A DNA stretch of 64,000 nt, from NCBI GenBank assembly GCA_964252035.1, contig OZ176216.1. One strand, 5' to 3'. This document shows positions 35,575-49,770 of this stretch, one piece after another (the first letter of the stretch is position 1; the number at the start of each line of letters is the position of its first letter). The DNA is from Podarcis erhardii. Lineage: Eukaryota. Below the pieces are notes generated by a model, which saw only the letters and a program-made list of their open reading frames with translations, was not told the origin of the DNA and did not search any database. Both the position numbers and the translations under genes were made by a program.

Positions 35575-38500
35575 GTTAAAGATGCTAATCATCTTCTAAG
35601 AATGTACTTGGGTGCTCTGCAAATTCTTGAAGCAAGTCGAGAGCCGTAGATCAAATGTGGCAAGGATTTACAAGAAATATCTCTCTTCACCTCCTTGAAT
35701 CAACAGCTCTTGTGGTGGAGAGCTTCAGTCCTGCAGGTGGCTGAGTCTGCGTCGACCTGACTGATTGCCAAGAGTGGTTCTTCCGCTGACTGTTTGAGTT
35801 AGCTCTGCCTTGGCGGACCACCACACTTTCCTGCCTTATCGCCATTTTGAATCAAAACTTGATGCATTCTGCACTCTGATGCAGCTGTACTGTGTGCTCT
35901 CAAATGAAAGACTCACCATGTGGGCTGAAGGTAAAGGGTAAGGTGAGCATATGTCAACATAAGAGGAGTTTCGCTGGATCAGGCTAATGGCCCATCTAGT
36001 CTGCATTTTGTTCCCACAGTGGCCAATCAGATGCTTACAGGAATCCCCCTGCCCCCAAGCAGGACTTGAGCATAACAGGAACTCTCCCTACTAGTGGTTC
36101 CCAGTAACTGGTATTCAAAGGCCTCCAGCGCTGGAGACAGAACTTAGCTGAAGTGCTTAGCAACCATTGATAGCCTTATTTTTCATGGTTTTGTCTAACC
36201 CGCTTCTAAAGCCAACCAAATCGCTGGCCATTTCTATTTCTCGTGGAAGTGCATTCCACGGTTTAACTGTGTGAAGAAGTACTTTCTTTTGTTGTAAAAG
36301 AAGGACTTCAATTTTTAGGATTTAGTCTTCCTTCGCAGGATTTCTTTGGTAAAGTGCTAAAATCTCAAGGGTGCTGGGAGGAAAGCAACAGCACTTTGCC
36401 ATTAGCTGCCTTGTTCATGAGGTTCTTCTATAAGGCTCCTGGATCAGGTAGTTCACTCCTCTGTCCTCACTAAGCACCACCAGACCTTTGAAGTAGCACT
36501 CCCTGGTTTCCAGGTTCATCTGGCAACCCTACTGGGACCTGGCAACTCTCCACAAGGATCATCAGTGTTCAGACAAGAAGCTCCTGGTTTGAATCTGCAC
36601 TGATCCTAGCAGTGTTTTGGAACCTTAGCCTGGGAAGTGGTCCTTATGCACTCTTACAGGGCGCTGGATGGCAGCCAAAGTTAACATAGGTCCTCACTTG
36701 ATGAAAGCCTCTTATTTGAACATGATGACACACAGCAGACTCCTCTGTTAGGCAGGCGAAGGGCCAGATCGGATGCCATCCATCTCTCTCTTGGAAAGAG
36801 GACTCCCTTTTCCTCCCGCAGCTGCCGTATCACCATCCATCTCTTTACTCTTTCAACAAGCCAAATGATTACTGTTAAAACCATTAAAAAGGCAAGGAGA
36901 AGAGACATCCTTCTTCAGAACTTGCACAGATACTGTGTAGCCTGCTGGGTTGTTGCTAAGGATGCCAATCCATGTGGCTCATTCACTTGTGTCAATTTAG
37001 TTTATGGATCTGCAACTCTGCATGATATGTATAGACCACAGAATGCCACTTCAATTTTTTTAAAAAAATTTAATTGTGTGTGTGTGTTTCTTGGAGGGGT
37101 GGGGAGATGATTTGGAATACTATGGTCACATGCACACAATGCATTTAAAGCAATTTTTATACCACTTTAACAGTCCATGTCTTCCTCCAAAGTATCCTGG
37201 TAACTGCCATTTGTTAAGGATGCTGGGAACTGCACCTCTGGGAGGGGTCTCTTCTCAGCAACAGCAGGGAAAAGGCAACAGGCAGAACCCATATGGCGCA
37301 ATGGTAATTTATCCGAGAGCCTCCAATTCATTTCAGATATTTTCATCTGGGAAAAGTGTTCCCAGCACTTCAGAAGAGGGACAGCAGCAGCTCCTTTTAG
37401 CATTCCACAGCTGGTGGAGCCACATATCTGAGCGTGACTGAAAACTCACCGGTCGCTGCTCCATTCATGGAATTCAAGATAGGAGATGCAGCTGTGCCTC
37501 TTTCTTCACATAGTTGAAGGATTTCCTCTGGTTGTTGAAGGTGTTCAGAACATGTTGCGAACCATTCATTAAATTACAGTTACAGTTATCTTCTACAAGG
37601 GAACATAAGCAGAGCCCACTAGATCAAACCAATGACTCATCTAGTCCCTCTCCCCTCCTGCAGTTTCCAGCAACTAGTATTCAAAAGCATTACTGTCTCT
37701 GACGGGAGGCAAAGCACAGCTATCATGGCTACTAGCCATCTAGGGCCTTCTCCATGAATTCATCTAATCCTTTTTAAAAATTCATTGAAGTTAGTGGACA
37801 TCACTGCCATCTGTGGGAGCAAGCTACATAGTTTTAACTACCTGCTGTGTGAAGAAGCACGGTGATTTGAGGACTGACGGTTGAAGGTGCAAATGGAGTC
37901 AATTGCTTGGAAAGCACCGAGTTAAAAGTTCTGGCTGTGGCACATTCCTTGGTCAGTTGCTGGCTGCACAGGATTCAGTTGATAACCTGTGTGGCAAAGG
38001 TCCTTTGGTTGCCACTGGAGGCTACAGTCTCTCTCCCCTCTCCTTCCAGGTGGTCCAAGAAAGCTCAAAGAGGCAGCTGCTGGGAAGTCCAAAAAGCTGC
38101 CTTATGCTGAGTCAGACCCTTGGCTCACCTAGCTCAGTATTTTTGACAATGGCTGGCAGCTGTTCTCCTGGGTTTCAGTCAGCCTTTCCCAGTCCTAGCT
38201 GAAGATGCCAGGGTTTGAACCTGGGACCCTGTGCAAGCAACGTATGAGCTACAGCCATTGAATCTGTGAATCTCGGGCACGGGTTTTTAATGCTGATGGA
38301 CGTGCTTGTTCAGTGAATTCCTCTCTTGGCAGTGCGGTGATGCCTTTTTACAGTTTCGCTGAGAGTCCTTTGCATTCTTGCATTAAGGCTTAGGTTTATG
38401 GGGGTGAAGCGGGCCCATTTTCCATGGCAATCCACCCCTCTCTTTCCTCCACCCCACCTTGGTTGAATCACCATGTGGCACGAGGGGACCCTAAAGAACG

Positions 38501-39342
38501 CCAGCTTTTTAACGTGGGTGGCCCCAATCGGATGCCTACAGTTTCCCTTAGTGAACATGTTTAATGGTTTGGATATATGTTATTTGAAGGTTGCCTACAT
38601 CTAATTCCAGGAAAACATATTAGAGTGTGTGTGTCCCTGAGCAGACTTCACTGCAAGGTTGAGTATATATTGTGCAGAGGATATAACTGACTTCAGCAGT
38701 TTTGCAAGTGTGTTTGTTAGCCATACACACATCATCTGACATCACATTATCATATTTTTGGGGGTGGGAATGTAGTGTTATTTCCTGAACCTCATTCCCA
38801 CCCCAGTGTTTGGGATAAGAAGCCAGTTTTGTCCCCTTACCAACCATTCTCCTAGATTGCAGCCTGTTTTTTCTATCCCATTGGACACTGTGGGAGCTAG
38901 TGTGAATTAAACCATCCCCTATCTCCAAAATCCTCTCTCCTTCAAGAACATAGCCATGCTCTGGCAGTGGTAGCATTAGGGAAGGACTTTACAGCAGAAG
39001 TCCAGGGCATAATCAGTAGGGGGTGGAAAAATGCAGTAGGATTGGTTTACCACATTTTGAAGTAAATGAACACACATTACCAGCTTTAAAAAATGGGAGT
39101 GTAATAGGTTATGCTGAGACCCTATGCTATGTCAAGTTTAACAGGTTCTATAGGATTACTCAATAATTGTGTGTTTATTATTATAAGATATTATATATTA
39201 TATAAGCTATAGATAAAAACTATTACTATTTTTAACTAATTATGTAAAACTTTAAATTTAGTATTAAAAGGGGGGGAACTATTTAGAGGCCCCTGACAAT
39301 CTGAGGACCTAAGCTGTAGTTTACTTAGCTTGTGTGTAAATC

Positions 39343-39545
39343 AGAGACAGTGTGATGCAGTGGTTAAAGTGCCAGGTCTAGGAGACCAGAGTTCAAATCC
39401 CCCTCACTGAGTGACCAGTCACAAAACTCACTGAGTGACCAGTCACTGCCTCCCAATCTAACCTACCTCACAGGGTTGTTGTGGGCAGTAGGGCAAGAAC
39501 CATTCACACCACTTTGAGCTCCTTGGAGAAAAAGGCAGGATATAC
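39343..39545 (+). mobile_element. Older Squam3/MIR-like CORE SINE with an internal 20-bp duplication
   Basis: tRNA-like head, acctacctcacagggttgttgtg core, gagctccttggag...gcaggata tail. ctcactgagtgaccagtcac occurs at 39403 and 39427. Confidence 0.65.
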
Positions 39546-42500
39546 CGGTAGATGCATTTTTTTTTAAACCACCCTGGGTGTCCCCATTGGACTATCGTCC
39601 AAAATCTAAAATTCCCTAGTTGCATCACTGCACTCTGAATCCTCCTTCTGATAGTAATTAGGGCAGCAAAAATACTTTCGTAAATTGACTATCAACGATT
39701 CTAGGCATCATGGCAGCCAGTGTTAACATCTTAACAATACTTTCTCCTTGCGTCCCTCCTGATTGGGCAGTCAGAGGGTTCCAAACTCTTCTGGCTGTGA
39801 AATTTTTTGTGTGGTTTTTTTTGAGGGGTGGGCAGTAGACTTTGTGAGGAATTCCTCTTGGCTTACTTTCCATGAATCTTGCTCAGGTCAGAGTTAAGGT
39901 TGCGCCATATGGATGTGATCTATAAAACCGAAAGAACCTCCCTTTGCGACATGGGTGGCTTTCCGACATGGTAACTTAGCAGAAAGGGTGCAGTATTTTA
40001 AGTCTACTTTGCCAAAATCAGCGTGAAGCTCTTTGAAAATGGAAAGAGATGCTCTGACAAACTTCCTGTGGCTTACCAAAAAGAAAAGAAAAGGGGGGAG
40101 GGGAAGAGCAGAAGCCCAGATTGGCAGATCCACCAAATCCTGGCAGTTCAGAAGGAAAATCCTGCATGAAGTGTAGGGAGGACATGTGTGCCTATGCCTG
40201 TGCCAGGTTCATTAATAAAATCTTGTAGGGCTGGGTGTTTTAAGACTTCTCCCTCAAGGTCTCCATTCTTCATTGACTTACCTTCTGTAGAACCCTATGC
40301 CTCACTTGGGAAGCATTCTGGGGCATGCCTCCGTCCTTTAGAGCAGTATTTCCCACCATGGACCACTTGAAAATTGCTGAGGGACTTTGGCAGACCAATT
40401 AATGATTTTTCTGCCTGTTCCAAGAATTGTAACGTGCTGCACTAGATGCTGTGTGATTTTTAAATCATATTTTTACTTGCTTCTTCTATTTCTTATATAC
40501 TGCACTTTATTGTATTATAACTTGACTGCAGTATATGGAATAAATGCAATTCAAGAAATAAAAGAAACAACGACAATGCAATTAAAAATAAATGTGAATA
40601 TTCGACACAATGAATCTGCTGTCTCCCTTCTTAAATCACAAATCCATACTGAATGAAGCCGTAGTTTGGGAACCCCTGGTTCAGACTTTGCTCTTATTAT
40701 CTGTGAGTCAACAGTACAACTCTTAACACCCAACAGTACTTAGTTTCTGAGAAAGATCAGCAGTGTGTGGACAACCTGTCTTTCCAAGAAATTTGTCCTC
40801 CATTGTTGATCTCATGGAGAGGGAAAATGCAAAAGTCTCCCCAGAGCACACTTTGGTAACCATAGCGCTGCGCAAGGGTTGCCAAAATGGACCCTGTGGA
40901 CTCAGGTGTGCCCTAAGAGGCTTTTCCTGGCACCCACAGGGTCAGGTTGTATATCTGAGAGCATCCTTGAATCTGAATCATTAGCCAAGGAAATTCAGGC
41001 TTCCCAGATGGTACATCTGGATGGAAGCCTCTCAAACATCTGGTTGGATGTACTTTGTCTTTTGACAACCAAGAAATAATTAATGTGGAGTCAGCATGGT
41101 GGTCTTGACTAGGAAAGGCTGAAGTCACTTGAGCTTAATATATAAGAGAGACCACCTCAGACCACCACGTTTCCTTCTGTCTGGGTCTTTGGAAATGCTA
41201 CAGGAGCACAGGAAAAGTGCAGAATTTGACACCAGGGACACCATATCGGATGTCCTTTTTTAAAGCTTCTAGCCCTCATTGCTGCAGAGAGGTTTTGAAA
41301 GTGTGTGGGCAATGCCTTGAAACAAAAGTAAGGAGGTTGACAGAATTATTCCAATGGTGGTGGTGCTGTCCTTCTTGAGATCTTAGGAACACAAATCAAT
41401 GGTCCATCCATCTCTGTATTGTTTACCCTGACTGGCAGCAGCTCTCTAGGGTTTATGGCAGGGGTCTCTCCTGTCCCAACCATGAGATGCCAGAGATTGA
41501 ACCTTGGATCTTACGCACGCAAAGCAAATGCTCTACCACTGAGCTGTGGCCCTTTATTTCTCTGCATAGTCTCTTCTTCTGCCTCATGGCAGACTACATT
41601 ATGCAGAATAAATTAAGTTGGGCAAATTTACTCAATAATTTATGCCAGGGTTAGATAATTTAGGGAGATATATGTATAATATATGTAAACCTCAAGTTTT
41701 CTGGGTGCAGAATGTTAATTCCCTTTATTTAAATGTGGAACCCATTTTGGTCTACCTGTGTTCTACTACAGTCTCCAAGCTTTTTCTTAAAAGACTGGTG
41801 CTTGTGGCACATTCAGTCAGACTCTGCTAAAATCTAGGCTTCCCGGGACAGGTTGCTTTCAGCATAGTAGATCAGACTGGGACAGCAGACAGTTAAACGG
41901 TCCCACTATTCCTGGGGTTGGCTGCCACACACTTGCACGTGAGAGAGAGTGCGTGCTTGCGTCTGTTTTTGCAAGCGGAGAGGGGAGGAAATCAGGACTC
42001 TTTGGATCTGTGAAGAAAAGGGGGCCGGTAGATTTTGGAGGCCAAATTCCAACAGTAAGAATGGTTTTCTTCTGCACAGTTGACAGCAATTTTGTGTGTT
42101 CCAAAAGTCACTGACAACTCACTTACCCTCTGCCCAGTAATTATGTAGCATTTGGAGGAGACTAAACGCAGTCGCAAAAAGAAAGAAAGAAAAGACTTAA
42201 TTGCAGGCCTGGCTGTGGCGTGAAGCTCAACACAACTTGGGCAAATAAATCACATCTTCCATAACGTTTTCTGCTTCTGCAGCTTTCACTTTTTGCTATG
42301 GAATGCCCCAAATCCCTAACGGAAGAGAGTCTCACACTAGAACTTTGCACAGTACATACCCTTCCTAACCCCTCACTTTAAGTGGAGCTTGAAAATGTGC
42401 ATCTTGTGACCCCATGACGCCATTGAAAAGAAGAAAGAGAAAAGCACAAGTTAGACCTTCAGGCTCTAAGGCTTTAGGCCTAATCCCTCTTACTTGAGAG

Positions 42501-42924
42501 TAAGCCCTATTCAGTTCAATAGGACTCACATCTCATTAGACATGGTTAGAGGCCTGTGCTACGAATCAATTTCATCGGTGTCTTGCTATGTTGTGAACTG
42601 CCCTGAGATCTACAAATGAATGGGGTGTATTATTATAAATAATGATGATGATGACAGGCTGTAATCTTATGCACTCTTACTTGGGAGTAAACTCCATTGA
42701 ACATAATGGGACTTGCTTCCAAGCAAATGTGCATTGCATTGCATTGTTGAATCAGCATATTACCCCCCCCCCCCAGCATTGCACCGATGAAAAACCTTTT
42801 TTTTTTAAAAAAATGAGACTTTGATTCTTATTCAAAGAATAAAAATTACTCCTGGCCTCTCTATATTACTCTGACTGCTGTATGTAAAATGGAAGTGAGA
42901 TGAAAGGGTCGGGAGGAGGGGGTC

Positions 42925-43326
42925 GGGATGGGGGATTTAACTCACTTCACATTTAAAGGCGAGTCTACCTAATTTGCAGTTTCTGACAATAATAATAAAA
43001 ATTGCAGTTTCTGAAACTACCTGAAATGAAACAAAGTTGTGCTTCAAAATTCATACTTCTCAAATTTCACAGCGTGGTTCTCCAGCCAAGTAACGTGTAC
43101 AAAAATGCATTGTATTGGGGGGGGGATTGTTTTTTGGGGAAAAAATGTGTATGTTGGGCAAAATTGCACACAAAAATGTCGGTATTAGGAGAAATGTGCA
43201 TGATTAAAATGCCGATCAATTTTCATTTAAAAAATATGCAGACTGATGTGGAAATGTGGAGACGTAAATTCAAGGTGGGGAAAATGAGAAACGGAGAGAA
43301 ACTGACAATGGCAGATTATCCCATCG
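42925..43326 (+). repeat. Unclassified ~400-bp AT-rich interspersed repeat, copy 1
   Basis: Shares cacatttaaaggcga..ctacct...gaaattc..acttctc...gtgtatgttggg...ctgatgtgg.aatgt...ccatc with 43935-44340, 63393-63620 and (inverted) 54656-54870. Confidence 0.7.
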
Positions 43327-43505
43327 TGTGTGTGTGTGTGTGTGTGTGTGTGTAAGTACGTAAGTAACATAAGCAATTTATTTCAATGTGTTTCATTTGC
43401 ACAGAATGCAGGCTAAGAACTTCTTTCTTGGTGTCCGTTCAGATCAGATCCAAAAGTATTTATTTGTTTTGACCACAGATCATAAAAAGTAACCCCCTGT
43501 TCTGA

Positions 43506-43808
<303 letters not shown>

Positions 43809-43934
43809 TAACAGATTTGTGAGTGTGTGTTTTTAACAAGATGATAAAATGCGGCTGCGTTTGCACTCTCAAGTCCCACAAACCAACAGTTTGCAAATTA
43901 TGAGCATTGGGTTTGGTGGGTCAGTGTTAAGAAC

Positions 43935-44340
43935 GGGAGGGAAATTAGATCCAGCTTGCATTTAAAGGCGAACCTACCTCATTCACACTTTGTGAAACAA
44001 TATGCAAGCCGAACCAATGTCATCCTTTGAAATTTACTCTTCTCCGAATTTTGCAATCCAGTTCACCAGTTAAGTAATACATGCAAAAAAACACACAAAC
44101 CCATGTACTAGGGTAGAGGTTGCATTTAAATGTATATATTAGTGTAAATAGCATACAAAAGTCCATTATATTAGGAAAAATTGCTATGCAGAAATGTGTA
44201 TGTTGGGAGATGTCTGCACTAAAATGCTGATGAATCTTCATTTTTTAAAAAATTCGCTAACTGACGTGGGAATGTAGAGAACTGGATTTAAGATTGGAAA
44301 AAAAGAAAGAAAAACAGAAGCCAAAATTGTCCATCCTCAC
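43935..44340 (+). repeat. Unclassified ~400-bp repeat, copy 2
   Basis: Co-linear similarity to 42925-43326. Confidence 0.7.
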
Positions 44341-45966
44341 TGTCACATGACTGGAATGTCAAACAAGCAAACTGTAATGGCAAAAGGTTAGTGTAGAAGA
44401 TGCTGGTGTATTGGTGCCTCTTCTCTCAGCTGACCTGATTTCAAAATGCTTGTCCAATGAAGCAATGATTGCATTGGCACTTCTGGAATGGTACATACCC
44501 CTTGGGGAACAGATTATTGCCACCTTTGCAAAGAGCGCCCTTTTAAAATTCTCTAGAGAAACCAATCGATGGTATTGAAATTGTTTTTTGGCTTATTGCT
44601 ACCATTGTAGGTTGAAATCCTATTACATCATGGGCAGCCAATGTGGTGCCCTCTAGTTAATAATTTTGAATAGACCAGGGATAGCCAGTGTGGTACCTCC
44701 AGATGCTTAGATGGACTACAGCTCCCATCAGCCCCAGGCAGCATGGCCAATGATCAGGGATGATGGGAGTTGTAGTCCAGTATCTGGTCTACTCAAACTT
44801 TTGAATTTGATCGGCATGAGAGAGGGAAAGCAGCACAACCACCTATTTATTGGGAAATGGTGTTTCTTTATTCAATATTGGAATAAAGCTTATGACATAG
44901 TTCAACCTTATTCGTCATGGGAATTATTTGAACGATAGGTATATATGCATTTATTTTCTCTTTAAGACAATTGGATTTAATTTTAGGTAGCTGAAAATTC
45001 TCATGGATACAATGGCTTATAACTATTAATTAATGAAACTATTCATTATTAGTTGTCTTAGTAGTTGTTACTTTGTTTTTTATCTGATATGATATGGCAA
45101 ATAAAGAGTATTACATAATTTCAAAGTTCATTAACAATAAGAAAGATTGCTAGAACCAGCAGCAAATTTAAACAGATAGAAGCTAGCAATAGGTCAAAGG
45201 AGTGAAAAAATGAAAAATCAATCCATCTTTATTGCGGTCAAAGACCAGACAGAAAGGAGTGGAAAAATGGAAAGCTCTTTAGGGCTTGTTTAAAAATATG
45301 AAATGAGGGAGACAAATCAAGTTTTCGTGGGAGTTACAGAAGTTTGGCCACCACTGAACCTGGTAGTCACCAACCTCACTTATTTTAATGCCACAGAGAG
45401 CAGACCTTCTGAGGCCAATCATATGGCCTTGGGAGACTCATAAAGGTGTTGACATTCCTACAAATATGCTGTTGCAAACAGTTCAGAGCTTTTGAAGGTT
45501 AAAGCCAGTACGCTGAGCTTGGGACCAGTATTACTGATGCAGAAACAGGCTGGCAGCTTTGTTCTGCACCATCTGAAGGTTGTAGACTGTCTTCAGGCGG
45601 AGCTCTTTCTAGAGGAAATTACAGTAGTTTTGGTCCGGAAGCAACTAGTTCGAGCTGGAGAACCAGGCATAAGTGAAGCCCTGCTAGATCAGGACAAAGG
45701 CCCATTTAATCCTGCATCCCTTTCTCACACTGGCTAACCAGATGCTCTAGTGAGAAGACATCAGGCGGGAATTGAGTGCAACAGCACACTCCCCGCTTCT
45801 GATTCCCAGCAACTGGTGTTCAAAGGTATACTGCCTGTGACAGGGAAGGTAGAGAAAGCTGGTCCTCTAGCTACATATGCCACCTGCATCTTCAGAGATA
45901 GTGCCAGGGCCAGGAGAATGCCCAGTGGGCATCCCTAACCAATTAATTGCCAATTAATTGCAAACT

Positions 45967-46223
45967 TCTGTTGTTTAGTTGTTTAGTTGTGTCCGACTCT
46001 TCGTGACCCCATGGACCAGAGCACACCAGGCACTCCTGTCTTCCACTGCCTCCCACAGTTTGGTCAAACTCATGCTGGTAGCTTCGAGAACACTATCCAA
46101 CCATCTCGTCCTCTGTCGTCCCCTTCTCCTTGTTCCCTCCATCTTTCCCAACATCAGGGGTTTTTTCCAGGGAGTCTTCTCTTCTCATGAGATGACCAAA
46201 GTATTGAAGGATCTGTCCTTCCA
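45967..46223 (-). mobile_element. RTE-BovB LINE 3' fragment with an 11-bp TSD
   Basis: gtccgactcttcgtgaccccatggacc...ccaaccatctcgtcctctgtcgtccccttctcc...ccaaagtattg resembles the recalled BovB/Art2A 3' end. Tail of (GTTTA/GTT) repeats. AATTGCAAACT occurs at 45956-45966 and 46224-46234. Confidence 0.9.
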
Positions 46224-48403
46224 AATTGCAAACTAGGTCTGTGGTTTTTCAAGCAACCAACCAACAACACTGTCTTATCTGGATTAAGTTTCAGCTTGTT
46301 CAGCCATCCTAAAACTGCTTCCAGCCACCTCTTTAATAGTTTTTTTCATCACCCCTTTGGATTGCCAAATGAAGACAGGAGGTGGAGCTATGTGTCACAC
46401 ACACACACACATACTGGTGGTACCTGTGCTCAAACCCCCACATATTTTCTGGAAAAATACATTGGGTACCATGAGGGAACCATGTTAACTTTCTCCCAAA
46501 ATTAATCCTGACCAGTCATCTCATAATGATTAGGATGACGTGGTGTCAGTAAGGTGAGAGGGAAAAAAAAAGTCAACTGAGGATGAAGGCAAGCAAAATT
46601 CGTGGAGGAGAGGGCTATCGAAGGCTACTAGGCATTATGGCTATGCCCTTCTGCCACAGTTGGAGGCAGCAGTGCTTCTGAATACCAGTTCCTGGAAATC
46701 ACAGGAGGGGAGAGGGCTGTTATACTGAAATCCTGCTTGCTGGTTTCCCACAGGGACATCTGATTGGCCACTGTGAGAAAAGGATGCTGGAATAGATGGG
46801 CCACCGGCCTGATCCAGCAGGCTCTTCTTGCATTCTTATCTTTTTAAAAGAAGGCAATGTAAGTGAATGAATAGCCTGATGTCATGCAGGCAAGCAAGAT
46901 GAATTGAGGGTGAGTGTGAGGAAAAGAAGGCAATGTAAGTGAATGGGTGAATATTTTCATAAGGGGTGTTGAAAAACCATCAAGGAAAAGGAAGTGTATT
47001 CGACTGTGTTCACAAAAAGCTGTGGATAGTTTTGGCTTGGCTGTAATATATTTAAATGTATGCAATTTAAAGTTGGCTCAGATACCAGGGCAGAGAGTGA
47101 ACTTTATAGCCATCAAAAGGCCAACAAGGAAAGAAAGGACAGCTGAGCCACTTTTTAACCAGCCAAGTTGGCACCCTAGTTGGCAAGAGGCGTCTTGCTG
47201 GGTTTTACAGGGCCCCCCCCCAACCTCTTGGAAGATGTCTGGCAACGATGCCAAATTGGTGGTTGAGATTGCCAAGGATATCCTATCATTTGGAACGTTT
47301 ATGTAATTGCACGTATATGTTTTTAGCCTTTGTGTGTAACAAAGTATATCCACTTCAGCGGCCTGGGGGGCTGCAGGGGGAGTAACGTGGTGTCTTGATA
47401 ATGCCTTGCTCGGCAAAACCACTAGTGTGCTTTGCACTGTGATGTACGGGGAGCTTTGAGGGAGCTCATTCAATGTGCAGCTCCCTAATTCTCAGCACTG
47501 GGCATCCCATGGTTCAGAAAGCTTGCTTTATTTTCTCGTGGAAGTGTTTTATGATACATCTATTGTATTGGCCTAAATGCAGCTGCACAAATCTGGCTTG
47601 TATAAAACCTGTGTGTGGCTTATGACTGCTCTTTCATAGGCCTAGAAGCCATGATTTAAGATGAGGATCGCCTGCCCTTCTTACCAGGGGGTACCGGCTG
47701 CCCAGTGAGCTGTTCTTTGTGAGGCTAATCTAGAGATTGCCCATGTATTTTAGATGGAAAAAAGCAAGAGATCACTGGAGACCTACAATATTTTTTTCGC
47801 TTTCAGTGAGATGTCATGTTAGGGGTGTAGCCTATATTTGCCAGCAGCTTATATTCTGTCCAGTACAGTGTGTGTGTGTACACACGCATACAGATATGGG
47901 CAGAGCTGCTTAATGCAGACTACAGCTGTATGCTGAGCTGATGTGGGACGTGGACATTTATCTGCTTATTTATTCCTCTCTGAACTAACAAGGCTGTGAT
48001 GATTATCCTCCCTACTTCTGTGTTTTGCAGATCATTCATTCCCTTGCAAAACTCTCTCCCTGTGTGTTTGGTGATTTTCATAGGGGAGGACAAATTATAA
48101 GTGGCAAGAGTGGCTTACCTTTAAAGAGAAGGTGGCCAAGCTGAATAAAAAAGCTTGGTTGCCCTCAGCAGCTTTCCTTTTGCAGTTTTGAACACAGTAC
48201 CCCATGTAAATGTGTCACGACCAGGCTTGGAATAGAAATTTACTTTTGCTTGCATTTGTTTGATTTTGTTCGCATTCTTTTCCAGTCCTACCAGTGAGGA
48301 TTGAACCTGGGACCTTGTTTGTGCCCAGCAGTTGCTATAACCCCTGAGCTGTGGTTCCCTGCCTGCCTGCCACTTCCCTCCTTCCTCCCCATGATGCTTT
48401 TAA

Positions 48404-48715
48404 AAACATAAGAACAGCCTGCTGGATCATGCCAACGGTCCATCTATTCCAGCATCCTGTTCTCACAGTGGCCAGCCAGATACTAGTGGGAAACCCGCAA
48501 ACGGAATCTGAGCAGAACAGCCACTCTCCCCTCCTGTGGATTCCAGCAGTTGGTATTCAGAAGCATTACTCCTCCTGACCATGGAAGCAGAGCATAGCCA
48601 TTGACAGGTTTTAGCTCTATGAATTTAACCAATCCTCTTTTAAAGCCATCCAGGTTGGTGGCCATCACTGTCTCTTGTGGGACCAAGTTCCATAGTTCAA
48701 CAATGAACTGCATCT
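48404..48715 (-). mobile_element. CR1 LINE 3' end; more copies near 2690-2870(-), 6159-6392(-), 21475-21650(-), 29400-29850(+), 30045-30250(-), 35955-36295(-), 37600-37860(-), 45670-45850(-), 46600-46840(+), 53595-53720(-) and 63150-63390(+)
   Basis: Minus frame FIVELWNLVPQETVMATNLDGFKRGLVKFIE...GY. The plus strand starts cataagaacagcctgctggatca, the reverse complement of the CR1 tail. Confidence 0.85.
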
Positions 48716-48729
48716 TTTTCTTTTTCTCC

Positions 48730-48773
48730 CCTTCCTTCCTTCCTTCCTTCCTTCCTTCCTTCCTTCCTTCCTC
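48730..48773. repeat. (TTCC)n microsatellite
   Basis: Direct read. Confidence 0.9.
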
Positions 48774-49770
48774 CAGTTTCCACCAGGATGCTCTTGATGC
48801 TTTTTCATCTGTTATCTCAGCATCGTGTTTTTAAGTTGCACACTGCCTCGTTACGTCTTCTGCGAAAGTACAGCTTATAAATATTTTGAATAAAATAATT
48901 TGCTGCTGAGCTGGGGAACTCCAGATTCTGCTGAACTACAATTGCCATCAGCCCAAGGTGGCATGGCCAGTGGCCAGGGATAACGGGAGCTGTAGGTCAG
49001 CAACATCTGGAGGGTGATAGGGATCCCCCTCCCAATTTGCACAGTAGCTAGGGTGTCTCGACATGCCTCAACCACTGAATGATGAGTTCCGCCCTCAGAC
49101 CCCACCCACCTTGTATCAAAGTGCTTTGATCCCTTGAAGAGCACTGTTTAAACGCTGGATATTGTTGTTCGGCAGCAGAGGAACACCGTGTTCTGGAGGT
49201 ACGACGTCTTCCTTTGTAAACAGATAAAGGTCTGGGTTTTGGCCCGACTGCACTTGTCTCTTTGATCTTTGTGCATAAACACACACACACGCATACACCA
49301 AAAGGACCGCGAATCACCTTATCTCAATCCCAAGCAAATAAACGCAGCGATAGCGAGGCGGGCTGGTGGCCAGAAAAACCACTGTGTAATCTTTTTGGCT
49401 GTCCGGCCTTTGCTTATTCTGACTCGTAGGCTGTTGTCACAAGCGAGCTCGCCCGAGCCTCGTTAAAACACAGAGGACCATGTAATCATGTTGGCGCTAC
49501 TTTTCCGGGCTGTGCAAGGTTTGTTTTCCCAAATGCAAACTTTGACAAAAGTATGTTTAAGGTTAAGCTTCATGCACCACTCTGGGGTGGCTCCTGTCTC
49601 TCCCCTCCCTACTTTTAAAAATAATAATTTTTATTTAAATTATGGGCTGCTTTAGAGGTGTGCACCACACATGGAGGGTGAGCTGGAAGTGGGGTTGGGG
49701 AACAAATCCCCGCTCAGTCCTCCTTAGCATTTTCATATTCTGCTGAGCTTGTCTGCCAGTGCAACATGGA

